From positions 7,913 through 71,912 of the forward strand of contig JBGVHZ010000035.1 in assembly GCA_045122735.1 (NCBI GenBank): 64,000 nt of DNA, in the 5' to 3' direction. The first letter of the stretch is position 1; every line of letters starts with the position of its first letter. This document shows, piece by piece, positions 39,701-48,200 of the stretch. Origin of the DNA: Faecousia sp. Lineage in GTDB: Bacteria; Bacillota; Clostridia; Oscillospirales; Oscillospiraceae. The notes under the pieces were generated by a model, which searched no databases, had not been told where the DNA came from, and saw only the letters and a list, made by a program, of their open reading frames with translations. A program made the position numbers and the translations under genes.

Positions 39701-42033
39701 GCCAGTTTGCTGAAAGCAGCCGCGTGACCATTGCCAGCGCAGTTTCCAGTAGCACACTGCAGATCGGCGATATCGTTTCCGGCACCTACATTGACACCTA
39801 CACTGTTAGCGGTACCGAAACCAAGAAGGACAGCAACTTCACAGCTCTATATCAGGGCAACGGCAAGTTCCTTGTAAACTATTACAAGTGGAATGCTGAG
39901 AAGAATGTACAGGAAGTAACGCATGTGGCCATGACTGCTTCTGAAATTGATGCGCTGACCTTCAAGTACTACTACACCCTCCGTCCTGAGAATCTGGCTA
40001 TCCCCTCCTACACCGTCACCTGGAAGAACGAAGACGGCACTGTGCTGGAGACCGATGCCAATGTGATCAAAGACACTGCTCCTACTTATAACGGTGCGGA
40101 GCCTACCAAGGCTCCCACCGCCCAGTACTCCTACACCTTCGCAGGCTGGACTCCTGCTGTAGAAGCTGTTACCGGTGATGTGGTTTATACCGCAACCTTC
40201 ACCGAAAGTCTGAACAGCTACACTATCACATGGAAGAACGATGACGGCACGGAGCTTGAAAAGGACGAGAATGTGCCCTACGGCACCACTCCCACCTTCG
40301 ACGGCGCTGAACCCACCAAGCCTTCCACCGCAGAAAAGAACTACATTTTCAGCGGCTGGACGCCTGAGATCTCCGCTGTTTCCGGTGATGTGACCTACAC
40401 AGCTACCTTCGCTGAAGTGGGCGCAACCTACACCATCATTTGGCAAAATGACGACGGCACGGAACTGGAAAAAGACGAAAATGTTGCCTACGGTGCTACT
40501 CCCACCTACGACGGTGAAGCTCCCACCAAGGCAGCAGACGCCCAGTATACCTACACCTTCGCAGGCTGGACGCCCGCTATCTCCGCTGTTACCGGCAATA
40601 TGACCTATGTTGCTTCCTATGATGCAGTACCGAATACCTTCACGGTCATTTGGAAGAACGAAGACGGCACGGAGCTTGAGAAGGACGAGGCTGTTCCCTA
40701 CGGCACTACCCCCACCTACGACGGTGAAGCACCCGTCAAGGCAAATCCTGCCACCGGCTACACCTACACCTTTGCAGGCTGGGATAAGGAAGTGGCAGCC
40801 ATCACCGGCGACACCACCTACACCGCAACCTTCTCCTATGTCCGTACCCTCACTGCTCACAAGCTGACTAACGAGGAATTGGCTATCCTGGCAAGCCTCA
40901 CTCCCGAGGATGTGAAGGCAGGCAAGCCCGGAGCCAATCTGAATGCGGCAGGTCCCTGGGTCTACCTGCAGGCTAACATCACTTACGATGCCTATGCTTC
41001 CGCTAATGGTATCGAATCAATCTACAATACCGCCCAAAACAGACTGTTTACCAGGTCCAAAGGTGTTTGGTGGACACTTAGGACTTCCAGCGACGCCAAC
41101 TACGATGCAGCTTACGCCTCCATGCTGGTAACCAACGCCTACGGCGGTGCATTTGTGAATAATGCCCCTGTGTTTGATATGGATTACCTGCAAGTTGGCG
41201 ACCTGTTCTGCGGTATGCACACCTATTATAAGGATGCGGAACAGACTTCTGCAGGCAATGTATATGCCACCTACCTGTACCAAGGCAAGGGTGAGAACGG
41301 CGAAGGCAAATTCCTGCTGCTGAACAAGGACTCCGCTGCTGTTTTCACCTTGAAAGAAGTGCTGGATAGCACCTACACCCACACCGACGGTAAAGTATAT
41401 GGTTGGGGTTGCTTCTATGTGCTCCGTCCGGAAAACTACAAAGGTACAACCCGTGACATCGCTCTTAGAGAACTGACCGATGCTGAAAAGTATCGTCTTT
41501 CCAAGCTGACCACAAGTCAGGTACCCATGGGCTCCATGCACCTGCACACCACCCTGCCCAGATACTTCCAGAAGGTGGGCATTGCTATGACGCTGCCTCT
41601 GAACGCATCTGGCAAGACCATAACCCACGACGGTGCTGTCAGCCAGTTGTTTAAAACTTCTAACGGCTACTATGTTATCAAGGATGCCACTGATGATACC
41701 ATGCGTTACTTCCAGAAAATGCTGGTAAACTGCCAAGGCGGCGTTAAGTTCGCACCGGAAAAGCAGGTAACTATGGCCGATGCCATTGCAAACGATGTGC
41801 TGCAGATTGGTGATGTGATTGCCGGCAAGTATAAAGATGCAGACTTCGACAACGCAATCAGTTCCTTCACTGCTTTGTACCAGGGCGGCAACAACTTCCT
41901 GGTTCAGTATCTCAATTGGGATGCGAATACAGGCGAACAAGCTTACAAGACCGTTGTACTGACGGTCTCCCAGATCGATGCGTTGGCCTTCAACTACTAC
42001 TTCACTCTCCGTCCCAGCAATCTGGGCAAATAA
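30778..42033 (+). CDS. Giant secreted protein 1: signal peptide, Ig-like segment, TM + internal signal peptide, NlpC/P60-like Cys-His domain, DUF11-like domain, 12 degenerate NlpC/P60-like domains, 9 Listeria-Bacteroides-type repeats
   Basis: 11.3 kb ORF with strong codon bias; GAGGTG RBS before ATG 30778; TVCSGF, RPGDIIV, GHAILYVGNG; repeats ending in [LI]RP; [YF]TV.WKNEDG...TF.GW repeats. Confidence 0.8.
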   Translation: MKTSMKWLSILLVLCLLVAGIMAITTFAETESALAAEAEKDGIRVSLKINEEDYEKTGKMSLKLDVANDGDKKLKDIKTSVTMPESLLVKEGELVKDVEKMNYHALLQNEIQFAHVDSPIIVEDPTDPDGPSGNQGGNKGGKGGLPSWVLPVALIAVAVIVAGVLIFLIATGKLKKGKNLSLLLLIGILVFSLAPVVNATEGEEAAADAGNTLTVANEVTIEGETVVISATVTWDYQDPNPDNSTLTRADMEKAIAEMAFTWYFKGGSYEYDSASLNSMEQHLSTPLCGYSGGKSRLTAFPVMENATSHSSVFTVCSGFAYDSYMAALGYPILGSKFNCLTMTLWRNTSYPDDMAILRWHTKGQGVKYNNYDTTYNVKYNNWYSAKGVYDFFKNWKENMRPGDIIVFDNPGHAILYVGNGIVLDAGGGKYSMDTGTDQRETSGAVKFTTMEDYFFDPDNKNFDVGALGWRENSIVVCRPLDLLTIDDGDKDPGNDKIDPNYKLRTGLLKYQLAHDKSHTVKTSDYGFDDITYTRLENMGMTINRTVSITPYGTATQGNTLTYSVTVANNSDNMDYLTYLERGGITDYEGVDYKDLWVVEHIPEGTELESVFGAIVDGNTLRWNADIPAGESRTFAYTVRVTGDVGDTIVSTGGWVNNIPSNTIENRIGGKQLPNKVKGNMTRFFEAGRDAWNSNDGYKISANVNSGTHFAEQVYQATTGLNLQLPDVQEIMDIFFHEYKYYTPYGTYLYHDSTGITRHMYRLNSKAPSAKDQIYYDMLVPGYYGGMWCYSDEYNGEVRINELREEYLEPGDIFIYLDLTEAEEDGAVYKKREVTGYTVMVYLGNSSYASLNSEGRLDPIDTAFGVTSAFMHDLFVCLRPRQAYTDINTQIPAFVGPAPDLTEADMRQTYKPNPSLILLNDVACKQFADMSIEDFEWIKVNGVFPGEVYSKLGMDIVTNGTDDASFATLLKYLFLDVEDETSIFREFGHHYFKLEEPKYGAEKWNDMLMYYAGPAIDDSTEVKITSMKDLHPGDIVMIGSRTSRFYVTTVYQGNGNFLLNVQSLQLSGIESKIWGELHFKNDTEFNNWLNSKIAPFAETLDRRDSFDPNNRFVKDLRYECYLVLRPSRAFENINEMVKRNIKDGALTTAEKNVLAKLTIEDFKNGPKKLFNINAVGPWAYGKAGVNVSIYLGSNSIFATRNLIFKWVGSYMELRMSYEDEYNNDYRTMLVPESYGGTAFNSSFIITPDMLQVGDLFCGAQKATVNGKDSTRYVVGIYQGNGKFLFIENGGAKGNIASYDTKSVFSKNIGKEWSYYYILRPDRLATVKKVVDTPPVYPEFPADPTLRFIDAYKLAPWETEAIANLTFDNWSANCASYQLTNILPWVYKQAGIDIAMDKYGYQALTWAGANDSANTKGSYYNKILVSGSRGSNVKGSGIKNSQIGDIFGGRVVVKGKDGADVNLYYGAVYQGDGKWMAFYDTYSAGEKGHETKILSVEDLDAITWNFRYVLRPQQLASKEPPAEKPVVPGPRDITTGKLTDREKTSLSILTPTNIAYPSKHLYGTLPEYYKAVGITVDMKNKTHEGAREQLFVKDGNTLVLRTEATDDTMAYFQAMNIGVYGGSMFAKDNQIKISTAVSEGKLQIGDVIAGYYVDDCDGTKTNTPFTALYQGNNKFLVVYPQWDGSKQSLVKAQVSARQIEVLDFLYYYTLRPENVNDLPVITEPRDITTGKLTDAEKEALSKLTGSDIGYPTRMLYGTLPEYYKAANITVTMAGTKMTQEGIRNQLFNLVDGVLTLRTEATDDIMRFYQKMNIGVQGGSLFAEADRVSISGAIANGKLQIGDVIAGSHTTTYTVEGVETTKDQYITAMYQGNDTFLVYYYAYDAAQGKDAMNKVTWTTAQMEALSYKYYYTLRPENLAEAETPEEPAGPRDIADSLLTDAEKEALSKLTGSNIGYTSRNIYGTISDYYKAVNITLTLPLDTDGKTMTQERVRNKLFTWGTNPKVLIPVEATDDLMRYFQKMQVAVQGGSYFAEASRVTIASAVANNTLQIGDVIAGMHVNAYNDGAEKTETVPLTALYQGEGKFLVYYFVYDVAQAKQVMTKVTWTAEQVDALNFQYYYTLRPENLAKTDTPVEPPVEPEEPEDDKTSVIRDISEHKLTATEMDALSKLQIDAALCGGVDLNSILPKTYNAVNISMKTYVSATGNNARKALFGNTNCKLLTAATSPDATLYNFYIQILVDGVYGGTAFAEPGTKALSDENLQIGDILCAQVPANKVVGSYTFGTEASYIVLVYQGHGKFSGCMNVAKTGSKRAADWNGATLEQMQTIAAANGFGYYYVLRPEQLATAAAPDVRVVTWLNEDGTVLEKNLNAKVGSAPKYYGAEPTKAPTATATYTFAGWTPEIAPVSGDVTYTATFTEIPVTYTVIWKNEDGTELEKDENVAYGATPTYDGAEPTKAATEQFTYTFAGWTPEVSAVTGDVTYTATFTEVPVTFTIIWKNEDGTELEKDENVAYGTMPTYDGEVPTKAASGTTVYTFAGWTPEIVAATGDAVYTATFSDAPVNYTVIWKNEDGTELEKDENVQPGTMPTYNGEEPTKAPTATASYTFAGWTPEISPVSGDVTYTATFTEVPVTFTVIWKNADGSTMETDTVPYGTVPTYDGATPAKEADLYTYTFAGWDVEPVAVTGDAVYTATYTYSRKLTASKLTAEEMSILACLTPDDVKASLPGNNLDSGAPWAYAQAHIDASVFKISVHTLRNTILYSKGVYPPSNSKYSAEFGPTLVPTTHGGTQMTDNPPTFDINYLQVGDLLCSAFFNVGSSNTYRAYYVYLYQGNNKFLLLNKTSADVYSWEEIRDTVYTEGKTTYDWTYHYVIRPEDYNGATRDITLRELTDAEEYELSKLTQASTSRWIHTVLPDIYKAVGINVDMTGDYKLSQEGTRDALFVWETVEGGKVLVPRAADTDVRRYFQKMKVNVYGGSQFAESSRVTIASAVSSSTLQIGDIVSGTYIDTYTVSGTETKKDSNFTALYQGNGKFLVNYYKWNAEKNVQEVTHVAMTASEIDALTFKYYYTLRPENLAIPSYTVTWKNEDGTVLETDANVIKDTAPTYNGAEPTKAPTAQYSYTFAGWTPAVEAVTGDVVYTATFTESLNSYTITWKNDDGTELEKDENVPYGTTPTFDGAEPTKPSTAEKNYIFSGWTPEISAVSGDVTYTATFAEVGATYTIIWQNDDGTELEKDENVAYGATPTYDGEAPTKAADAQYTYTFAGWTPAISAVTGNMTYVASYDAVPNTFTVIWKNEDGTELEKDEAVPYGTTPTYDGEAPVKANPATGYTYTFAGWDKEVAAITGDTTYTATFSYVRTLTAHKLTNEELAILASLTPEDVKAGKPGANLNAAGPWVYLQANITYDAYASANGIESIYNTAQNRLFTRSKGVWWTLRTSSDANYDAAYASMLVTNAYGGAFVNNAPVFDMDYLQVGDLFCGMHTYYKDAEQTSAGNVYATYLYQGKGENGEGKFLLLNKDSAAVFTLKEVLDSTYTHTDGKVYGWGCFYVLRPENYKGTTRDIALRELTDAEKYRLSKLTTSQVPMGSMHLHTTLPRYFQKVGIAMTLPLNASGKTITHDGAVSQLFKTSNGYYVIKDATDDTMRYFQKMLVNCQGGVKFAPEKQVTMADAIANDVLQIGDVIAGKYKDADFDNAISSFTALYQGGNNFLVQYLNWDANTGEQAYKTVVLTVSQIDALAFNYYFTLRPSNLGK
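32770..37800 (+). repeat. Tandem array of 8 degenerate NlpC/P60-like domains (~180-230 aa each)
   Basis: Recurring RD...KLT..E...L / L....P..YK..GI / YGG / LQ[IV]GD / YQG.GKF / YY.LRP. Confidence 0.75.
37825..38860 (+). repeat. Five Listeria-Bacteroides (InlB B-repeat/Flg_new-like) domains
   Basis: ~69 aa units [YF]TVIWKNEDGTELEKDENV.YG..PTYDG..PTK.....YTFAGWTPE....GDVTYTATF, highly similar at DNA level. Confidence 0.8.
40005..40840 (+). repeat. Four Listeria-Bacteroides-type domains
   Basis: Same unit as 37825-38860. Confidence 0.8.
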
Positions 42034-42042
42034 ATCCAATAT

Positions 42043-42071
42043 AGCCCACCGGCAGTTGTCTGCCGGTGGGC
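42043..42071 (+). terminator. Hairpin after giant gene 1
   Basis: GCCCACCGGCAG-TTGT-CTGCCGGTGGGC perfect stem, without a following U-tract. Confidence 0.55.
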
Positions 42072-42258
42072 GTACCCCTACAATCCGTCCTTATTTCAGG
42101 TTTCTGCTTTTTTTATTGTAATGCAATAGAAAAAGCAGAGAGTTGAAACCTCTTACAAAAACGCCCCTCTTAGCACCCTTCAATAAGTAAACAAGGTCTG
42201 CCTCACCCCAGCATCTGCTTTATCAGGTTCTGGGGACATCGAGCAAGCTAAGGAAAGG

Positions 42259-45200
42259 ATGAAGAATATGCGAAGAACAAGCGCAAAAACACTGTCTTTG
42301 GCAATTAGCTTGTTGCTGGCGATCTCCGTGCTGTTTTCCCTGTCCCTCCCCGTATGGGCAGAAACAGAAACAGTTCCTGGCGATCTGAACGGCGACACGC
42401 TGGTAAACGCCGAGGACATCGCCATCCTGGAGGCCGTTTTAGACGGCTCCCAAGCAGATGCAGCCGATGGAAAGTATGACATCAGCGGCAACAAGATGAT
42501 GGACTCCAAGGACCTGATCGTCCTGAAGAATCTGGCCGATCCCAGCGCACCTGCTTTGGCAGACAAGCTGGCAGACGGCATCACCGATGATGCTCTGACT
42601 CTGGTTGCGTCCGTAGAGGGCGGCGTACTGCAAAGCGCCGTTGTCCGCGGAAACTCCACCAAGGCTTTGGAACTGAACGGCAATACTTTGACTGTCCGTT
42701 TTGCCAAAGTCCAGAATTGGAGCTCCAAGGGCATTTTGGAAATGGACACCCTTTGGGTTTCCGGCACACAAACCGTAACTGTGTCCCTTTTAGACGCAGA
42801 GGGTAATGTGCTGGGCACTGCCGGCAGCGCTTCCGCCAAGGATGCAGGCTGGAGCCGCATTCGTGTACCTCTGAGCGGTGTAGCTGACAGAGCTGAAATT
42901 GGCGGCTTTACCGTTACCGTTTCTGCCGATGCCCATATGTATATGGACAATCTGTTCGTTGACATTTCCGACGAATATAAGATCACCCGCGCAGAGATGG
43001 AGAATGCTCTGGTAGAAATGGCATGGAACTGGTACTTCAAGGGTTCTGCCTATGAGTATGACTCTGTCAGCTTGAACTCTCTGGAGCAGCACAAGAATCG
43101 TCCCCTTTCCGGCTACTCCGGCGGTAAATCCCGTTTGACCCTCTTCCCCACTCTCGAGGATGCCACAAGCCATTCCAGCGTATTCACCGTATGCAGTGGC
43201 TTTGCCTACGATATGTACCTGACTGCACTGGGCTATCCCATTCTGGGTTCCAAGCTCAACAGCCTGACTATGACCTTCTGGCGTAACAGCAGCTACTACC
43301 CCGGAAATGTTCGTGATGCAGAAGGCGCCTATGATATGGCAATTCTGCGTTGGCACGACAAGGGTCAAGGCACCGTCTACTACGAATACGACGAGCAGTT
43401 CAGCAACCATTATAAGGACGAGAACGGCAATATCGTATACAACAACTGGTATGATAAGGCCGCAGTGAAGGAATTCTTCGAAAACTATGAAGAAAACTTC
43501 CGTCCCGGTGATATCATTGTTTCTGACCACCCCGGCCACACCATCATCTACATCGGCAACGGTATGGTCATGGATGTCAATGGTGGCAGATTTAATCCTA
43601 TTACCGATAAGATGGAAGGCCTCGGCGGCAAATACGATATGACCACCGGTGTCGAAAAGGGTGAAGCCTACGGTTGCGTAAGCTACAGATCCTTCGCAGG
43701 TTACTTCCTTACACCCAACGGCGCAGGAAAGACCTGGCTTGACAGAAGACTGGATTATCCGGAAGATGGAAGCGGAAAGCTGCTGGAAAGCGGAACGCTT
43801 GAGCACAATCACCTGGTCGTTATTCGTCCTCTGAACCTTTTGACCATCGACGACGGTGACAACGATCCCAGCAATGATAAGCTGAACCCCGAGTACAAGC
43901 TGAACACCGGTTTGCTTAAGTATCAGCTGGAGCATGATGTCAGCCACGAAGTCAAAACCTCCGGTTATCACATTGACGAGGTCACCCAGACTCGTCTTAA
44001 CTACCCCGGCATGAACATTGACAGAACGGTGAACATCACTCCCTACGGCACTGCTGTGAAGGGCGATACTATCACCTACACCGTGGCCATCACCAACAAC
44101 AGCAATGACGCACAGTATGTCGCATTCAAGGGTGACGGCTACCAGCCCAAGGCTTATGAAGGCTTGACGGTTGTTGAGCATATCCCTGCAAACACCGTTT
44201 TGACTGCAGCTCCCGGTGCTATAGTTGAGGGCGACACCCTCACATGGAAGGTCACCGTTCCCGCAGGTGAAACCCTGAAGTTGACCTACACCGTTAAGGT
44301 TACCGGTGAAATTGGCGAAAAGATCGTCTGTGGTGGCGGCTGGGTGAACAACATCCCCTCCAACACTATCACCAATGTTATCGGCGGCACGAAGCTCTCC
44401 GATCCTTGCCTGGAAGCATTGACCGGTCTGTACAATACCGGTGCTGACAGCTGGGACATCGACGCAGTTGCCGACAACGGTACCCGTTTTGCAGAGAAGC
44501 TCTATAAAGCTGCTACCGGCAAGACACTGCCTCTGCCTGAAGTGCAGGAGATCATGGACATCTTCTTCTCTGAATATAAGTATACCACGTCCGGCGGTTA
44601 CTACTTGCACAACAGCAATGTTACCCGGTATATGTACACCCTGAGAGAGAATCCGTCCAACACCAAGTACCAAACCTACTTCGATATGTTGGTGCCCGGC
44701 TATTACGGCGGTCTGTGGTGCTACACCGACGAGTATAACGGTGAAGCTCGCATCAACGAACTGCGGGCCGAATATCTGGAACCCGGCGACATTCTGATCT
44801 ATATGGATCTGACCCCCTCCACTAATGACGGTGCAACTAGCCAGAGCCGTGTTGTGGAAGGCTACACCGTTCTGGTGTATATGGGCAAGGATTGTTACGC
44901 ATCTCTGGATTCCGAAGGCAACCTGATTGCTGCAAACGATGCTGTGTGCCGCACCTCTGCTTTTGCCCATGACTTGTTCGTATGCTTACGTCCCAGCCAG
45001 GCCGTCGAGGACCTTTGCAACGGTGATAGCTATACCGTGACCTGGGTCAATGCCGATGGCGCTATCCTGGAGACCGACGAAAACGTTCTTCCCGGTACGA
45101 TCCCCTCCTTTGAAGGCGATACTCCCACTATGGAAGCTGACGGCGAGAAGGAATATACCTTTGCTGGTTGGACACCTGCAGTGTGCGTCGTTACCGGTGA

Positions 45201-48200
45201 TAAAACCTACACCGCCGTTTACACACACCGTGATCTTACTGACGGCAAGCTGACCGATGCAGAACTGAATATACTTGCAAACATCACGCCTGAGGCTGTG
45301 AAGGCAGATATTACATCTGATATCATACCCCACTTGGGTAACGTTGCTCCCTGGATCTACAGACAGGCCGGCATCAACTATAATGCCATCGCCACCAGTG
45401 GCACCAGAACCGGACAAATTCAATCCACTTACTACACCGCAACAGAGTTCTTCTCCGGCAACTCTACTTCCGGATGGAAAATCAAAGATACCATCAACGC
45501 ACCCTATAAGACCATGCTGGTAACCAATGCTTATGGCGGTGAAGCCATGGTAAATGCTCCTGCATTCGATATCAATTACCTACAGGTCGGTGACATCTTC
45601 TGCGCTGCCTTTGACAAGGCTATTACCGGCGCAAGCGCAACCTACTATTACACCTATCTGTATCAGGGCAACGGCAAGTTCCTGCTTATCAGCGCAGATT
45701 CCGCTGTTTACCAGCTTGAAGACGTGCTGAACGCAAAGTATGCTGATACCCAGCTGGGCTGGAGCTACTTCTATGTGATCCGTCCGGAAAACTACAACGG
45801 TGCAATCCGTGACATCACGCTGAGAAACCTGACCGATGCTGAAAAGTATGCTCTGTCCAAGCTGGAAACCGGTTCCAGCAGTCAGTATGTTCATACCAAT
45901 GTGCCCGCTTGCTATAAGGCTGTTGGTATTACCCTAACTATGGAAGGCAAACTTTCTCAGGAAGCTGTCCGCAACAAGCTGTTTAATAGTTCCTCTCCCC
46001 GCGTTCCTATTGCTGCAGCCGATGACACTGCGATTTTCTATCATAAGATGGCTATTCCCTGCTATGGCGGTAGCTATTTGCCTTATGAGCTGTCTGTTGC
46101 CAACGCTGTTGCCGGCAATTTGTTGGAAATTGGTGATATCGTCACCGGTTCCTGTCCGTGCACCTATGTTGACGCTGACGGCAGGACACAGACCAAAAAG
46201 CCCTATTTTACTGCGCTCTATCAGGGTGAAGGCAAATTCCTGCTGAACTACGCTGAAACATATGATATTGAAGCAGCTGCATATGTAATCAAGAATGTTT
46301 CCGGCGTCTCTGCTGCGTTTATTGATGATCTGAATCCCTATTACTACTACACTCTCCGTCCTGAGATGCTGGCTGCCGAAACCCAGGATACTTACACTGT
46401 GACCTGGGTCAACGAAGATGGCTCTGTGCTGGAAACCGATCAGACCGCAGCCTTCACACTGCCCGCCTACGACGGCGGGACTCCCGTCAAGGCACCCGAT
46501 GCACAGTACACCTATACCTTCGTAGGCTGGGATTCCCTGTTCACCTCTGTTAACCGGGATGTGACCTACACCGCTGTTTACAAGGCAGAAGCGAGAAGCT
46601 ACACCATTACTTGGAAGAACGGCAGCACTGTGCTGGAAACCGATGAAGGTGTTCCCTATGGCACGATTCCCGCCTATAATGGCAAGCGTCCCTACAACAA
46701 GAATGAGAAAGTAGGTTTTGCCGGTTGGGATAAGGAGATCACCGCTGTTACCGGTGATGTGACCTATACTGCTACCTTTACTGCTCTGAGGGATATGACC
46801 TCCGGTGGTCTAACCGACGCAGAAAAAGCAGTCATTTCCAGCCTGACTCTTACAGATTGGAGTTCTAACGTAGGTTCCAGAGCGCTTGAAAATGTGATTA
46901 TCTGGGTCTATAAAGAAGCCGGTATTGATATTACTTCTGCCTATGGCTATCAAAGCCGTAGCAATGCCCAAATCAGCAACACCTTGTCTGGCGCTTCTGC
47001 CATTGCCAAGGACTACTACACCAAGATCGCCGTTGCCGGAAGCTACGGTAATAATGTAATCGGTGTTGGCACGGACGATCTGCAAATTGGTGATATTTTT
47101 GCAGGATTGTACTATATAGACTTGAATGGAACATCCACAACTATGTACCATGCGGCGGTCTATCTGGGTAAAGATGATCAAGGCAAGGATATGTTCCTGG
47201 ATGTCTTCGACAAAATTAATAGTGCAGGTACCGGAAAAACGGCAGGAAGTGCGATCGCATCCTTTGAAGATATCGAGTCCAAATATACAGAGGACGGCTT
47301 CACCACTTGGTCCTACCGTTATGTGCTCCGTCCCAGCCAGTTGTCTATCCCCCATACCGTTACCTGGGTCAATGCGGACGGCACTGTGCTGGAAACTGAC
47401 ACCGTTCCCTACGGTGCAGTTCCCACCTATGACAGCGCAACGCCCGCCAAGGCAGCCACCAGCCAGCATACTTACGAGTTCGCTGGTTGGGATAAGGCCA
47501 TCACTGCGGTAAATGGCGATGTGACCTACACCGCAGCCTACGAAGCCTACCGCTTCCTCACCAACCATAAGCTGACCAATGAGGAGCTGGATATTCTGGC
47601 AAGCATTCGTTCTGATGATGTGAAGTCGGGTCTGAAAGGTAGCAATCTGGATTCTGTCGGTCCCTGGGTCTATAAGCAGGCTAAGATCGACGACGGCGAT
47701 ACATTTAGTAAAACTGTCCACGGTATGAAGGGCACTGTGCTGAAATCCACAGGCGCCTATGTACCCAGCGACGCCAACTACAACGCCACTTATGGGCCTA
47801 TGTTGGTAGCTGACGCCTGGGGCGGTACTGCTTACAGCAACCGTTTCGACCTCGACACAAATACGCTCCAGGTAGGTGACCTGTTCTGTGCTTCCTTCTT
47901 CCAAATGGGTAGTGCGAAAAACAAGAATGTCTACTATGTATATCTGTATCAGGGCAATGGTGATTTCTTGCTTATGAGCAGCGCTTCTACTGTTGTTAAA
48001 TGTGCAGAATTGCTGGCAAGCACCTACACCTATGAGGACACCACATACAACTGGACCTACTGGTATGTTATCCGTCCGGAGAACTACGGTAGCAGCACTG
48101 TCCGTGATATGGCGCTGAGAAGCCTAACCGGCGCAGAAAAGTACGCCCTTTCCAAGCTTACTGCGAGTGACCTGAAGGGTTTAAGTACCGGCAGACTATA

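Noticed and set aside
37825-40840. Regularly spaced DNA repeats as a CRISPR array or DGR template/variable repeats
   Set aside because: Units are ~207 bp in-frame protein domains; no cas or reverse transcriptase gene, and no obvious adenine-restricted variation.
42370-42535. Dockerin as evidence of a cellulosome
   Set aside because: No cohesin/scaffoldin or cellulase domains in the window.
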